A DNA stretch of 64,000 bases. Source: the human T2T-CHM13v2.0 reference genome, Homo sapiens. Positions 11,793 through 32,119 of this stretch are shown here, one piece after another (position 1 is the stretch's first letter; each line of letters opens with the position of its first letter). The notes below the pieces were generated by a model. The model was not told the origin of the DNA. It ran no database searches and saw only the letters and a program-made list of their open reading frames with translations. The translations under genes and the position numbers were made by a program. Where the stretch lies: the NCBI RefSeq assembly GCF_009914755.1, contig NC_060934.1, one strand, 5' to 3'.

Positions 11793-12808
11793 AGGGGGAA
11801 AAACAGAACAGAAAAACTGGAAACTCTAAAAAGCAGAGCGCCTCTCCTCCTCCAAAGGAACGCAGTTCCTCACCAGCAACGGAAAAAAGCTGGATGGAGA
11901 ATGACTTTGACGAGCTGAGAGAAGAAGGCTTCAGACGATCAAATTACTCTGAGCTACGGGAGGAAATTCAAACCAAAGGCAAAGAAGTTGAAAACTTTGA
12001 AAAAAGTCTAGAAGAATGTATAACTAGAATAACCAATACAGAGAAGTGCTTAAAGGAGCTGATGGAGCTGAAAACCAAGGCTCAAGAACTATGTGAAGAA
12101 TGTAGAAGCCTCAGGAGCTGATGTGATCAACTGGAAGAAAGGGTATCAGCGATGGAAGATGAAGTGAATGAAATGAAGTGAGAAGGGAAGTTTAGAGAAA
12201 AAAGAATAAAAAGAAAAGAGCAAAGCCTCCAAGAAATATGGGACTATGTGAAAAGACCAAATCTACGTGTGATTGGTGTACCTGAAAGTGACGGGGAGAA
12301 TGGAACCAAGTTGAAAAACACTCTGCAGGATATTATCCAGGAGAACTTCCCCAATCTAGCAAGGCAGGCCAACATTCAGATTCAGGAAATACAGAGAATG
12401 CCACAAAGATACTCCTCGAGAACAGCAACTCCAAGACACATAATTGTCAGATTCACCAAAGTTGAAATGAAGGAAAAAATGTTAAGGGCAGCCAGAGAGA
12501 AAGGTCGGGTTACCCTCAAAGGGAAGCCCATGAGACTAACAGCGGATCTCTCAGCAGAAACTCTACAAGCCAGAAGAGAGTGGGGGCCAATATTCAACAT
12601 TCTTAAAGAAAAGAATTTTCAACCCAGAATTTCATATCCAGCCAAACTAAGCTTCATAAGGGAAGGAGAAATAAAATACTTTACAGACAAGCAAATGCTG
12701 AGAGATTTTGTCACCACCAGGCCTGCCCTAAAAGAGCTCCTGAAGGAAGCACTAAACATGGAAAGGAACAACTGGTACCAGCCACTGCAAAATCATGCCA
12801 AAATGTAA
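11793..12808 (+). pseudogene. Disabled L1 ORF1p (RNA-binding chaperone)
   Basis: Start ATG mutated to AGG at 11793; ORF pieces 11894-12121 and 12248-12808 separated by TGA stops. Confidence 0.9.
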
Positions 12809-12871
12809 AGACCATCGAGACTAGGAAGAAACTGCATCAACTAACGAGCAAAATAACCAGCTAACATCATA

Positions 12872-16697
<3,826 letters not shown>

Positions 16698-17399
16698 ACA
16701 ATGAGAACACATGGACACAGGAAGGGGAACATCACACTCTGGGGACTGTTGTGGGGTGGGGGGAGGGGGGAGGGATAGCACTGGGAGATATACCTAATGC
16801 TAGATGACGAGTTAGTGGGTGCAGCGCACCAGCATGGCACATGTATACATATGTAACTAACCTGCACATTGTGCACATGTACCCTAAAACTTAAAGTATA
16901 ATAATAAATTTTTTAAAAAAAGATTTTAAATTTTACAAAGCAAATCCCTGTAGTTTTTTTCCCATTATTTCTAACTTACATATTACTCTCTGTTTTCTTT
17001 TAATTTTGCTTTTTTTCTATGTTTTCATGGTTCTCATATTTTCAATGACAACTCTGTATATTAACTTGAAAAGCACAATTTATAGACAAAAACAAAAAAT
17101 AAATTATCTGGGATAGATAGATAAGTAGGGAAAGGAAGTCGTTGATTCAGGTTATGCTTTTCCAAAGGCTAACCAGGCATCTCTTTCTGTGCCTGCAATG
17201 TATTCCTTCTCTTGAGTGCGACTGGCTCTGTGTTGAATAATAGGAACTTTCTAAACTTCAGGTTTGGTATTCAACCTCCATAGGTAAAGAGAGAGAAAAC
17301 AGGTAAAGAAGAAAAGTATTTAGATTAGAGGACATTTCTCCTAGGCTTCCTTTTCCCTTTCTTTTCCTTGGCTTTTTTTTTCCTACCTCTCCAAAGTGG

Positions 17400-17862
17400 T
17401 GTAAAAATTGATTCTATGAATTGAAGTTATCTTGTCATATCCAACTAAATTAGAGTCCAGAGACCAGAGGAAAAGAAAGGCAGTCAGGATATAAGCACCT
17501 GCCCAGGGATTACATCACAAGTCAGCTGCCAATAGGATCTATAACAGTATAAACTTAAGAGCAATTTTACCTAGAGCTGCTGAAATGACCTGCTGTGACT
17601 CTACGACTAGTTTGACCTACTGACATTACCAATCAGAGCTTGCTGCCTCCCAAAAACTTAGCTAGTGACAATGAGTCTTCTTTTAAAACATTTCTCTAAT
17701 ACAATTTTTTCTCCTTCTAACAAACCTTCAACTTTCTTTTTGTTGTTTAGAGTTAACAAAGTCCACTCCTGTCTGTGTATAGGCCCCGAATTGCAATTCT
17801 GTTTTCCCAAATAAAACATTTTGTTTAGAGGTTTGTCTCCATGTTTTTATTTGACTTCGAAA
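17400..17862 (+). mobile_element. Old ERV1-class solo LTR (MER67/MER31-like)
   Basis: CCAATCAGAG box, CCCCGAATTGCAATTC..CCCAAATAAAACATTTT poly(A) region and terminal TTTATTTGACTTC; left boundary approximate. Confidence 0.65.
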
Positions 17863-18377
17863 ATGGGAGGTATAGAATATGTTCATTCTCCTCTTCTAAG
17901 AAGTCCTCTCTGACCACCCCAGGTGTGTGCTCCAGGATATGTACTTGCCTCAATACTTTCATTTTTTATTTGGTCTAATTTCACAGCTAGAATATAAGCT
18001 CTTTGAGGGTAGAGACTGTTACAATGAATAAGGATTGTAGTGGTGTGTAAGCTTTACAGAGAAACGGGAATGCATTAGAACTCCTCTCCTATTCCCACAT
18101 TCACTTCTGGGTTCAACAGTTATCTTAAGGCAGAAAGATTCAAATCCACAGACAACAGCGTGTACACCATCACCATGTTTGTTCTTTCCAGCATTCTGGC
18201 TGATTGTTTCAGGATATTCCTATGACTCACCAATATGCTTGTTGCCTAAAGATGTCTCTGACCCTGGTAGGGAACTAGTTTACTCTCTATCTCTAAGAGC
18301 TAGAAAATTTAAGGCCCCAAGTGAGAAATTCTAATCTTGACTCCAGGTAGTCTGAGATAGTCTCATGGAAGCTACTT

Positions 18378-20476
<2,099 letters not shown>

Positions 20477-20635
20477 TCATGGAAGCTACTTAACTTTTCT
20501 GAATGCCAGCTGACTTATTTGCTACAATGGGAATAATAGTAACTACCTCAAAGCTTTTGGGATGCACTTTACTTTGAGAAAGTAAGGAAAAGCAAAAGAA
20601 AATGTCTTGCCTGTTCTATGTTCTCGTTAAATTAT

Positions 20636-20941
20636 CACACCTGGGGGAGTCAAAGAAGACTTACTAGAGACCAAAATGAACATATTCTGTACCTTCACTT
20701 CTCAAAGTCAAATGTAAACATAGAGACAAACCTCTAAATAAAATGTTTTATTTGGGAAAACAGAATTGCAATTTGGGGCCTTCACACAGACAGGAGTGGT
20801 CTTTGTTATGTCTGAAGAACAAAAGGAAAGTTGAAGCTTTTGTTAGAAAGAGAAACAAATTGTATTAGAAAGAGAGATGTATTGTTTTGAAAAGACTCAT
20901 TGTCACTAACTAAGTTTTTGGGAGGTGGCAAAAAAACTCTG
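20636..20941 (-). repeat. Inverted local duplicate of ~17630-17927 (3' part of the LTR plus ~65 bp of flank)
   Basis: Reverse complement aligns to 17630-17927, including non-LTR flank (AGGTA(T/C)AGAATATGTTCATT..CCCCAGGTGTG). Confidence 0.9.
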
Positions 20942-21537
20942 GATATGCTCTGCATAATTCATACAGGAGAGATGGTGGCCAGGGCAGTGGTTGGCCAAGC
21001 CCTTTATCCTAGCTCAAGCTCCAGACCCTTAGTTATGGCCCAGATTTAAACTTTCTTTGAGAAGCATGGATCCACTTAAAGGACCATTCCAGTTACTCAT
21101 CCTGGTTCAGTCCATTTCCCACAGTAAACTGTCACATGGCTTTTATTACAATGTGCCGTGCCTTGTACAATATGAACTTAGCCTCCTTATAAGATTATCA
21201 CAAGCAATCTAAGAGCCAAAAGAGTGTCTTAATCATCTCCACACCTCATAGCATCCAGCACAGTGCTCAATAGCAGATGAGTGTAAATGCTTATTGAATT
21301 AAATTTCCCAACCATGCCATGTTTACAGGAAAGGTGTATTAGGCCTCAATTGGAAAAATAAGAAAAGGGAACCCCCAAAGAATCAAACAACCAGTTGTAT
21401 GCCTGCCCAAGAATCACTCCTGGGTGTTCATCTTACAGGTGATATGAAGAGCACATACTTTTCAGTTTTCGCCAAATTATGTCACTATTATTCTTTTTTC
21501 CAGAGACTGGTTTTAAGACTAGACCAAATAGCCATGA

Positions 21538-22063
<526 letters not shown>

Positions 22064-25000
22064 CACACTTCTTAATATGTAAGATATCAAATGTGTTCAC
22101 TGTTAAAGCCAGTTGATTATTTGTGGCTCAAAGCAGACCTAACTCTAAACCCTCCCAAGAGATCCCAGGCACTTAGGAAGATCTAGGTCTGGAACAAGTA
22201 GCAATACAGGTTTTTGATCTGGCCTAAGCTAAAAGGACAGAACATCAGTCACTTGGTGAGTGTCTTGTCTTGACTTAAAGCATGCACAGGGCACTCTGTT
22301 CTCTTATGTTGTCTTTGCAACAATAGAATAAGATTCAGAACATCATTCATGCCCTTAAGGAAATGTATGTCTCCCCATAGGCCTGAGAAGTGGCTTGCTC
22401 CCTGAGATATACAACACAGCAGGCCACTGTGTTTCTCATCTCAGCAATTCTCAGTGCACGGTAGGTCCCTAAACAACATAGGCAATTGACTGACCGATCA
22501 AGTGATTCAGCAAAGTGTTCCCAGGAGACACAACCACAGAAGCAGAGGAGAGGAAGGAAACTGCAGGAGGGAGAAGAAAAAGCAGCCTCAACTCATTTCT
22601 GTGGTGAAAAATGTATCCTAGTTTTTGCTTTGAAACATCACTGGCCTCATCTCAGATACTGGCAGTGACTTGCACTTAAGAGTCTAGAGGCCCCATGTGG
22701 ATGTATGAGAAGCACCTCTTCAATTATACAGCAGAAGCTGTTCTGTGGAACTCCTTCCAAATTACCATCTTAACATGATGATTTTTTTTATATGTGTGCT
22801 CTGAATAGATTGTTAAATATAGAAGCAGAGAAAGATCTTGGGAGAGACATGTATGTGCACGACAAAAATGCTTCTTTAAGAGAGTTTGAACTCCTTTGAG
22901 CTGCTATGTATTTCATAAACATTTCAGAGAACCGGCAGACACTCTGGCTTGGGGCTTTGTGGAACCGTTTTTTAAAGTAGAAAACGGGACCTTGTCTACA
23001 CATTTATCTTGTTTTATTTTTCTTGTGTTATGTAGGAAGCTCCACAGTGGAATCTATCCTGACCTCTAATGGAGATGGGCAGATGGGACTGAACTATTAT
23101 TTAACTTCCACAGTATTAACTTGGGTTGTATTTGTTTAAGTAAAATGTAGCTCTAAATTTGGGTTTAGAGCTCTTGCTCTTCTCTGCCTCTAGATCCTGT
23201 GCTCCTAAACTCCTGCTCCAGGGTATTTCAGGCCAGGGTAAAAGCAGAAAAGCTAAAGCTGGGGAACAGCAGGGACTCAATCTGGCCGTAGCCAGGAGCT
23301 ACCTGAGGGGTATGATGAGAAGAGTCATTAGAAATGACTGACAGGGCTGTTCATAATGGGCTGTAGAAAATAAGACATTTGGGCTTTACTCTGCAGAAAA
23401 TGGAGACCCAGGAAATATACTTGGGCCAGAGAGTTGTCTTGGTCGATTTTTCCTAGAAGCATGAGAGGAGGATTTGAATCCAAAGAGTTCCTTTGGGAAG
23501 TAATCCCAGGAATAACAGAAAATGTACAGTGAAAGTAGGTGAATTGCATTAATTCCTGAACTACTTGCCACTGTCACAAAGCCACCGTGAGACATAAAGC
23601 TCAGGGCCAGTCCTAGCACCAAGGTCTGCTTGTGCAACAGTGACAAACGTAGAATGGAGAGGAAGAGGGCAAGCTCAACTTAGAAAATCATAATCCTCAG
23701 CTAAGTCTCAGCTTTTTTTTTCCATATAAAACAAAGCTATTTCTAAAAAATGGAGGTAATGATTCTGCCACAGAGGCCCATTACAGTTAAGAATAACCTG
23801 ATCATTCATATATATATATATTCTGCCCTCTAGGCTTTAGGGAAGCTATCAGAAGTAAACTAAGCATGAATCAAAGTGCTGGCAATACCAGAATAGGTTA
23901 GATGTCAACAATATTGACTGTAACAAATAATAACAAATGGATATGCTGCCATTAGAACATGGATGATCTATGTCTATTGATATGGAGAGATGCTCATTCC
24001 ATGTATTGTTGATTGAGAAAATAATCAGATTTAAAAATTAAATAAACAGTATTATGGCATTGCATTGGTTTAAATGTGCAATGCATATTTCAAAATTCTG
24101 GAAGGAAAAACAACAGTGTCAGTGATGTGCATCTCTACATAGTGAGTGTAGTGATTTTTTAAAATCTATAACATTTTTAACAGTAAAAGTAGATTTATTG
24201 TATAATTTTTAAAGCATGGCCAATAAAGACATTGTTTAAAGATGTCATTTCTCCTCTCAAAGTGCTGCAAATATTGTTCTGGATGAAGGAAATAAATGCT
24301 AAAGTTTCCTAAGCAGGAAAGAGTTAAAATAAAAATTCTTGAAAATGAAAACAATTCAGCTTTTCTTTGCAATGACATGTGCTATCTCATGTTGAGATAA
24401 TTACAACTTGTGGGGGGAAATTGGTACAATCATGTTTAATTGGTTCCAGAGGTTATTGTCTATTTCAACCTTTGCCTCTGAATAATACCAGCACAGAGAT
24501 GAAACCTGTGTGTGATTTTTGTCTTATCAGGAATTACCATAGGCATAATAAAGTAGATTATTGTTTCTCCTATTACATATTATTTCAGTAGTGTCTATAA
24601 AATACAAATAAAAAGAAATCTCAACAATATTGGGATAAAATGGAAACTATTAATAAGAGAGTTCATCATAGACTTAAATGTATTTTTAAAACCAACAATG
24701 TGTTAAGTGTTGACAAAATTGCATTGCAATGCCAATGAATTGCTCTACAAAGTTTTTGTTAGTGAGTAATTAATATTTAAAAATGCCAACTATTCTTAAG
24801 TACCATGGATACTGAAAAAATAGAGGGGTGCATGACAGGAAGTACATGGAGCATCTAATTATTTTTTAATTACAGGTGACACCTTGGGTACAAAAATCTG
24901 CAAGTCATCTATCCATCCATTTTACAGCTGTGTTTCCTATAATAAATAAATATATTAGGGCAGCATTTTTATAAAAACCAAAGAAAATATAAACATACCT

Positions 25001-25347
25001 ATACACAACATGTATTCCCCAAATGGGACCCCAGGAGGGAAGAATTTGACCCAATCAAGGGTAGCTAAATGGCACGCTGTGTGGGTAGAGTGGGCAGGCA
25101 CCAGGAGATGGGCACAGCAAAGCAGCCTTTAGATAGGGGCTGTTAATGGTTGGGAAGTTTTCTTTTTCAGATAGATGAAGATATACTTAGTAATATCTGT
25201 GTTTCCCAGAAACAAATGTGTATGGCAAACTACCATCCAGGTTGCAGATATATAATTTATTATGCCATTTTAGACTCTGTGTAACTCATAGGGCCAGAGT
25301 TGAATGAGACAGATCTAAGCCAACTTCCAGTGCTATAATTGAAGCTT

Positions 25348-25565
25348 TGTAATTGAAATTTTATTGAAATAATCTTAGAGTCACATGCAGTTTTAAGAAA
25401 TAATACAGAGATATCCTTATATACTTTGCCTAGTTTTCATCAGTGGTGACTTGTGCAAAACTGTAGTATAACGTCACAACCAGGATATTGACATCAATCT
25501 TATTTAATTATTTATTAACTGTTTTCAGATTTCTTCAGTTTTACTTGTATGCATATGCATCTGTG
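25348..25565 (-). mobile_element. L1MC-like 3' end fragment
   Basis: TCACATGCAGTT..AAGAAATAATACAGAGA..TCACAACCAGGATATTGACAT. Confidence 0.7.
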
Positions 25566-25974
25566 TGGGTTTAAACTGTTAAAAACTTCATTCATTAGAT
25601 TATGGTAAGAGTGGTCTTTACGATCAAGTAAATAGCTGGACTGTTACATAGTCTCATAAGTTCCCCTGTTAGAGTGGGATGGGGTGGGACAGTGGAGGAG
25701 AGACTGAGTCAATTCATCAAATAGCATATATTTATTGGCTGCCAGCTATTTTCTCAGCTAAGTCTTAGGAATTCATTCTGTCTGCAAGTACCCCATGCTG
25801 ACAAGGCTTTACAGAGAGGGCTGTGCTACTTACTTTCTAAATAACATCTCTATATTCCATATGTCTGCTCCACCACTCCATACTTCTCTTGTCAATTGTA
25901 TCCTTCACTATCTGTCCAGTGGGTCCTATATTTAAAAGCTCTGTCCTTGAAAAATTCAGAGTAAACTCAACTGT

Positions 25975-26190
25975 GTGCACTGGTAAGGGCTTGGATTCTG
26001 GCCTAAGACCCATCTAGGCTCTAATCTCAGGCTGTTAGCTTCCCAGCCTTGGACAATTTATCTCAACTATCCAGGAATTAGCTACTATATCTGAAACATG
26101 GGGCTGATAAGAGTCTCTATCTCATAGTATTGCAACAGTAAATTCAACACTGCCTACAAAGCACTTACCAAGGAGACTGGCATGACATGT
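25975..26190 (+). mobile_element. MIR SINE
   Basis: GGTAAGGGCTTGGATTCTGG..CCTTGGACAATTTA..AAACATGGGGCTGATAA..AAAGCACTTA. Confidence 0.7.
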
Positions 26191-27218
26191 ACTAAATATA
26201 ATATTCATGTTATATTGATGTTACACGGCAATGTAATAATACAGTTCTATTATACATTGTCATGATCTTTAATAAACACAAAATTTTTATTTTGAGGAAT
26301 AAGAAGCAAATTCTTTTGTAGAGAAAAGACCTTTATGTCAGCTAAGTAAACTGTTTTCTCAGGTTTGGTAGCTCAGGGCAGATGGTTTCCTTAAAGCAGG
26401 CCATTTGCACACAGGATTTATGTGTGAGGAAAGAACCAGCGTGCCCACCATGCACATTTATCCAGTGAAGCATGAATTCAACTTCATTTCCTCCAGGTCA
26501 TGATGAGAGGGCTGCACAGATGTCAGTGACTGCTGTAATAGGGACTAAGGCATCTATGGGATGGCGTTGATAGGACTGGGGGAGAGGTAAATTTGTTGAC
26601 AGTATTTTATGCACCAGGCATGAGGACTTATAGTGTGAAAAAGGATTTGAGGTCATTCCCAGGCTGTGTCTCTGCTGTGGCAGGTCATTCTTTCAATCAG
26701 GGGGTAGGTGAGGTGGAAAATCCAGTTTGGAATTATCACAGGGGTCGTGAAGCAGTGCCTAACCTTCTCTCAGCAGTTCTGGCATAAAAACACGGTAATA
26801 TGTCATTATTCTAACAACAGGCACTAGGACTCCATTAAAGGAGGGAAATACATGTAATATGGAAATTCGAGTGTTTGGTGCAACGGGTGGAACTCAAAAA
26901 CCTAGGAATCAGGTGGCACCAAGGACTTTGGAGAAAAGTCTCGAGTTCCTTTTGGCTCTAGGAAGAAAGATGAACAAGAGAAGAAACAGGAATAATTTGA
27001 GAGGAGAAAGGATTTGGGGCTGAATCCTGAGTGATGGATGGGATTGCAAAAAATTTATCCGTGGAAGAATAGACCTCTTTGTTGGCTCTGTGGTGTGAGG
27101 TGACACCCACTTCATGAAGTTATGCATGTTTCATGTGAGTTTTGAATGCAGGTGGTGGTTAATGAAAAATCAGTGAAGGGACTGGATTTCAAGTCTGGGT
27201 CAGTCTGGAGAAGAACAG

Positions 27219-27572
27219 TGTATCAGTCAGTTTTCATGCTGCTGATAAAGACATACCCAAGACTGGGAAGAAAAAGAGGTTTAATTAAACTTACATTTCC
27301 ACATGGCTGAGGAGGCCTCAGAATCATGGCGGGAGGCAAATGGGACTTCTTACATGGCGGAGGCAAGAGAAAATGAGGAAGATACAAAAGCGGAAACCCC
27401 TGGTAAAACCATTAGATCTCGTGAGACTTATTCGCTACCATGAGAACAGCATAGGTGAAACCGCCCTATGATTCAAATTATCTCCTACCAGGTCCTTCCC
27501 AGGACACATAGGAATTATGCGAGTACCATTCAAGATGAGATTTGAGTGGGGACACAGAGCCAAACCATATCA
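27219..27572 (-). mobile_element. THE1 solo LTR (THE1C-like)
   Basis: TGTATCAGTC...CCAAACCATATCA; perfect 5-bp TSD AACAG (27214-27218, 27573-27577). Confidence 0.95.
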
Positions 27573-28605
27573 AACAGGAACCTTGAATGAGGAATCTAAT
27601 CTGGAGCCCAAGAGGCAAGGGAGGCCACAAGAACAACGGCTCCCTAGGTATTCTCAGAAATAGTAAGGAGGGATGTGGACTCCCACAAGCCACGGAATGT
27701 TAGATATGTTTTCTAGGGAGGACACGTTTTCAGAGTTGCCTGCCTAGATTTCAATGGTCAAAGGGCTCTTGCTACCTCTTGTTTACATTCCTTTCTTGCA
27801 TATGCTCAGTTAGGTCCTTGGAAACCTATATGACATTTGATTATAAGTATGGGCTTTCTGGAAACAGATGAGAAATTCTGGGGGAGTTGGTTTGCTTACA
27901 AGGGCTACCGAGGAGAGTTAGTCACACACATCCCCACCTCTTGCTGTGTAATACACAGAGGACATTTTTGTCTCTTGTCAAGCAATATGCAGAGAAAACA
28001 GCTGCTCACTCCAAGATTCTCAGAAGTACAACCTATACACACTCTGGGCTCTTAATCCCTGAGAAGCTCACATACTTTGACTATAGAATTTAACTTTTTG
28101 GTGAATTTGCTTTGTGCCAATTTTATTGAATTCAGGCAAGAAGAGAAACACACAAACCTATGATATATTATCCTGTTTCCAAGTAATGCTTTAGTTTACA
28201 GGTTTTCTCCAGGACATTGATTTTTCTCTAAAGTTCATATTTATTCATTTATTTGAGTCTCTGGGCAGGTGACTGCCAAGGTTATGGCCTTTACAGGGAA
28301 GAACAGTGTGAGTAGAAGAAAAATTTTTAGTTATACAGATTTGGGGTTTTCTAAATGAATGATTGCAATGTTATGGCAATAAACTAGCAACAGAAGAGCA
28401 CCTTCATATCTGCAATTGAAGAATGGTGAGCTGGAGGGATTTAGACCTAATCTTAATGTGAATCAGTCAGTAACTACAGAAGGAAACTAAGAGGAAGTCC
28501 ACATTTTTATTAAAACCACCAAACCAAAATCTCACTCAGTTCCTGATCATGTGACCTGGTCCTCATTTCTAATTTATTTTTATATTTGGTGGTAGGGAAA
28601 CTCAC

Positions 28606-28749
28606 TTTAACACTGATGACTGTCGAGGCAGCTTTAGCTTGCTGTGTGCATGCAAACACCTGGCTAAACTGTTCAGCAAATCCATCACCATTCAGAACCA
28701 GCGGAAGCACTCCCAAGAGAGACAGGGAGAGAAGAATCATTGTCGCATC
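28606..28749 (-). other. Candidate 144-bp exon, phase 0/0, open frame DATMILLSLSLLGVLPLVLNGDGFAEQFSQVFACTQQAKAASTVISVK
   Basis: Apparently unique sequence; acceptor TATATTGACTTGACAG|G and donor AAA|GTGAGT on the minus strand; no stop in one frame; no homolog recognised. Confidence 0.35.
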
Positions 28750-29380
28750 CTGTCAAGTCAATATAATCAAGAGTCAGAAACTGCCTTTAAGTGAAAGTGT
28801 AGCAGGGAGGACAACTCTTTGGAGCTGGAGTGCAAGGGTTAGTATCCAGCACAGGCAGCCCTGATTCCATTTCAGGACTCCATTTCCCCAGCCCCCCACC
28901 TCTTTTATCTCTACATCCTCACCCAAAAGGTCCCAACTGCATATCAGCTTCTTTGACCATACAAATCAACTATAATTTTCTGAAAGGAAGCCTGTTTTTG
29001 TTTTGCACTTTCAGCAGTATTTCTAACTCCATCACTGCATATAAATTGGTCAAGACACCTTCTGAGACCGTTAACAGGGTGCATTGTAAATTCAGATCAT
29101 GCTGCAATACTCAAGAGCTTCACAACAAACACAAGCAGTCTCCTCTCTATCAATTGGAAGCCCATTTGTCCTTCAAGGGAAATCTGTTCCACATAAACTC
29201 CCCTGAATACCTCCCCTCACAGAGACTGCATGTGTCTTATTTCTTAGAGTACAAATAATGGTATCTTTATTCAGACATATCTTAAATGTCTTGTATTATT
29301 GTCATAATCGTATGTGTTTATATATGTATATTTATTTATTTATTTATTCTATCAGGACATAGATTTGTCATGTTCTATCT

Positions 29381-29382
<2 letters not shown>

Positions 29383-29426
<44 letters not shown>

Positions 29427-29705
29427 GTCTGAGACAGTCTCTCTCTTTTGCCCGGACTGGAGTGTTGCGGCAGGATCTCAGGTCACTGCAACCTCCATCT
29501 CCAAGATTGAAGTGGTTCTCCTGTCTCAGCCTCCCAAGTAGCTGGGATTACCTTCACATGCCGCCATGCCTATTTTTTGTATTTTTAGTAGAGACTGGGT
29601 TTCACCATGTGCGAAAGGCTGATCTCAAACTCCTGACCTCAGTGATCTGCCTGCATCAGCTTCTCAAAGTGCTGGGATTACAGGTGTGAGCCACCACGCC
29701 TGGTC
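29383..29705 (-). mobile_element. Diverged AluS with a pure T43 tail
   Basis: Dimer with small deletions; T-run 29383-29425; short TSD TATCTT. Confidence 0.93.
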
Positions 29706-29919
29706 ATATCTTTTTAATTAAATCATAACCTCCATCAAAATATAAGATCTGATCTTAAGAATAACCAGCATAATGTTGTACAATTCCAAAGCCACATCTC
29801 AGTGGCTTCGGTTCCCTTAAAATTTTATCAGTAAATGTGTTTTCACCCACTCCAATGAAACATTCCAAAAAGTCTATTGGAAAAGCAAAATATAAAACAG
29901 ATTAAATCATAATGTGTCC

Positions 29920-30204
<285 letters not shown>

Positions 30205-31369
30205 TCAGATGTGTACTTATAAATCTTCCCACGCTTCTAACATGAAATAACGTTCAATCTGTTTCATTTCAAATGCTCTTTTTCACTTTAGTATTGTTCC
30301 TAGTGAAAGAAAGGCCCAAGAGTTTGGGGAATTTGGTTTATGTAATGTCCAATTTTTCAAGCTCCATGTAAAAATGTCACTGAATTGATTCAAGGCAGAA
30401 TCTTACTTTTCTGCAGGGCAGAGATTCAAAAATCACCAAAGGAGTCTGCATGTGCTAATTCATTCAGGAGTTCAGCAAGCTTCCCTTAGAAAAGGCCAAA
30501 TAAAAACCCAATACCTGAATCTTGAGAACTTTCCTCCAAGAGTTCTTTGCAAAGAAGTCATTATATTTTATGAACCTTTAGAGTCCACAATTACCCTGGC
30601 ATGCCTAGGAGTAAAATGTTTTGCCCCCTATCTGTCTGTGAGAATGACTTTGAAATCTTGTTTTAAATAGTATTCAATGGTTCTGCATTGGGAATATTTT
30701 GGTTTTGGGGGGATAAAGGTGCCATACACCTGTGCTTTAATTTGCTCTGATCTGAGACATTAATGATGTTCCTCCCTGAAAATAAGCAAAGACTACAATT
30801 TACCACCATTAACCAGACAAATGACTAACTTTAGCTTAGTGTTAGCAATCTGTCCACAAGTGAAAAAAAAAAAAGCCCTAGGTTGTTCATTTAATTCCAA
30901 AGAAAAAAATGCATTTAATAAATTCACTCCTATATCTTCATGGAAATTTTTACTAAAAGGGCACAGCTTTCTCCCACATTTTGGTAAAAGCCATTTCAAG
31001 CTTCAGTAGAGTTTGAGTCTTGGAGGGAAGAGAGGGACACACTGTGCTGTGGAGGAGGGGTTGAGAGAGTCAGGTCTCCCATGGCATTCTTGTCTATAAT
31101 TGCAGAAGCAAAGAACAAAGGTCAAACACAGTTGTAATTATTTCAGTCCAGTTCTCGCAGGACTTCAGTGTACTCTAACCTTTACCCAGACCTAAAATCC
31201 ATACCATGCTTACCAACCAGGTCACACTTACCCAATTACCTGAAAAATTCCATGTGTCAGAATTGAGCGGATTTTCAAGAGAAAGGATGGTGACCATCAT
31301 AAACTTTTCAGCATGAACTAGTATCAGAAGCTCCAACAAGCATTTTACATGTATTATTTCATTTGATCT

Positions 31370-32040
31370 TGTGGTGGATACTGAGGTACACCATCCAGAT
31401 CCCCCTCCTTCAGGACTGAGAGACTTATTCCCCCAGCTACTGGGAGTCTTAGTGACCGATGGCTCTCCAGTAATTTCACCTTGACCAAAGTGAGCTGCCT
31501 CACCAAGTTTATGTACCCTCCTCTATGACAGCCCTCATCCAAAAAACTGCTTAATGTAAAGTACAAAAGCCCAGCCCCCTTGCCTCAAAGAGGAACAACT
31601 GGAAAAAAAAATACCAGTATCAGAAATTCTAATAGGACCAGCTAAATATTCTATTGTAATTGCATGGCAGTTCAACTTCTTCCTCTCCCCTTTCTTGCTT
31701 TTCTTACCTCTCCTAGGTGTTATTCCTGAAAATATTCCCTAATAATATTATTGCATGAAAATCTGAGTTTTAAAGTCTGTATCTGGATAAGCCAAGCAGA
31801 AGTGAAACAAGAAGTGATCCAAGGGAGCAGACTCTAAAATGAAATGCACTAGATTACTAGCAGCAAGGCTGCAATGAGGACCTGGCACTGCAGAAGCTGA
31901 AGCAATGGAAAGCCTCTGGCAAGTGAGTGCAGTGCTATTGTGAAGCTTGTGGTGAATGGGATTACAGGAATGCACTGGTGGATACAGCATACCATGCATT
32001 TGAAAATTTCATGGGAAATAGTCATTATAAGGACACTGGA
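31370..32040 (+). mobile_element. ERVL LTR16-like LTR (~31370-31800) plus the start of its internal sequence
   Basis: TGTGGTGGATACTG..CCAGATCCCCCT..AGGACTGAG..CCCAGCCCCCTTGCCTCAA; followed by AGAAGTGATCCAAGGGAGCAGACTCT. Confidence 0.65.
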
Positions 32041-32119
32041 TTAAAAGAGTTAAGAGGACCATGGGTGTATTGGAGAAAAGCAATGAAAGACAAGGGAGGT
32101 GTGAAAACCAGAGGGCCTT

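Noticed and set aside
16741-16775. G-quadruplex-forming G-tract
   Set aside because: Standard L1 3'UTR polypurine tract, not specific to this locus.
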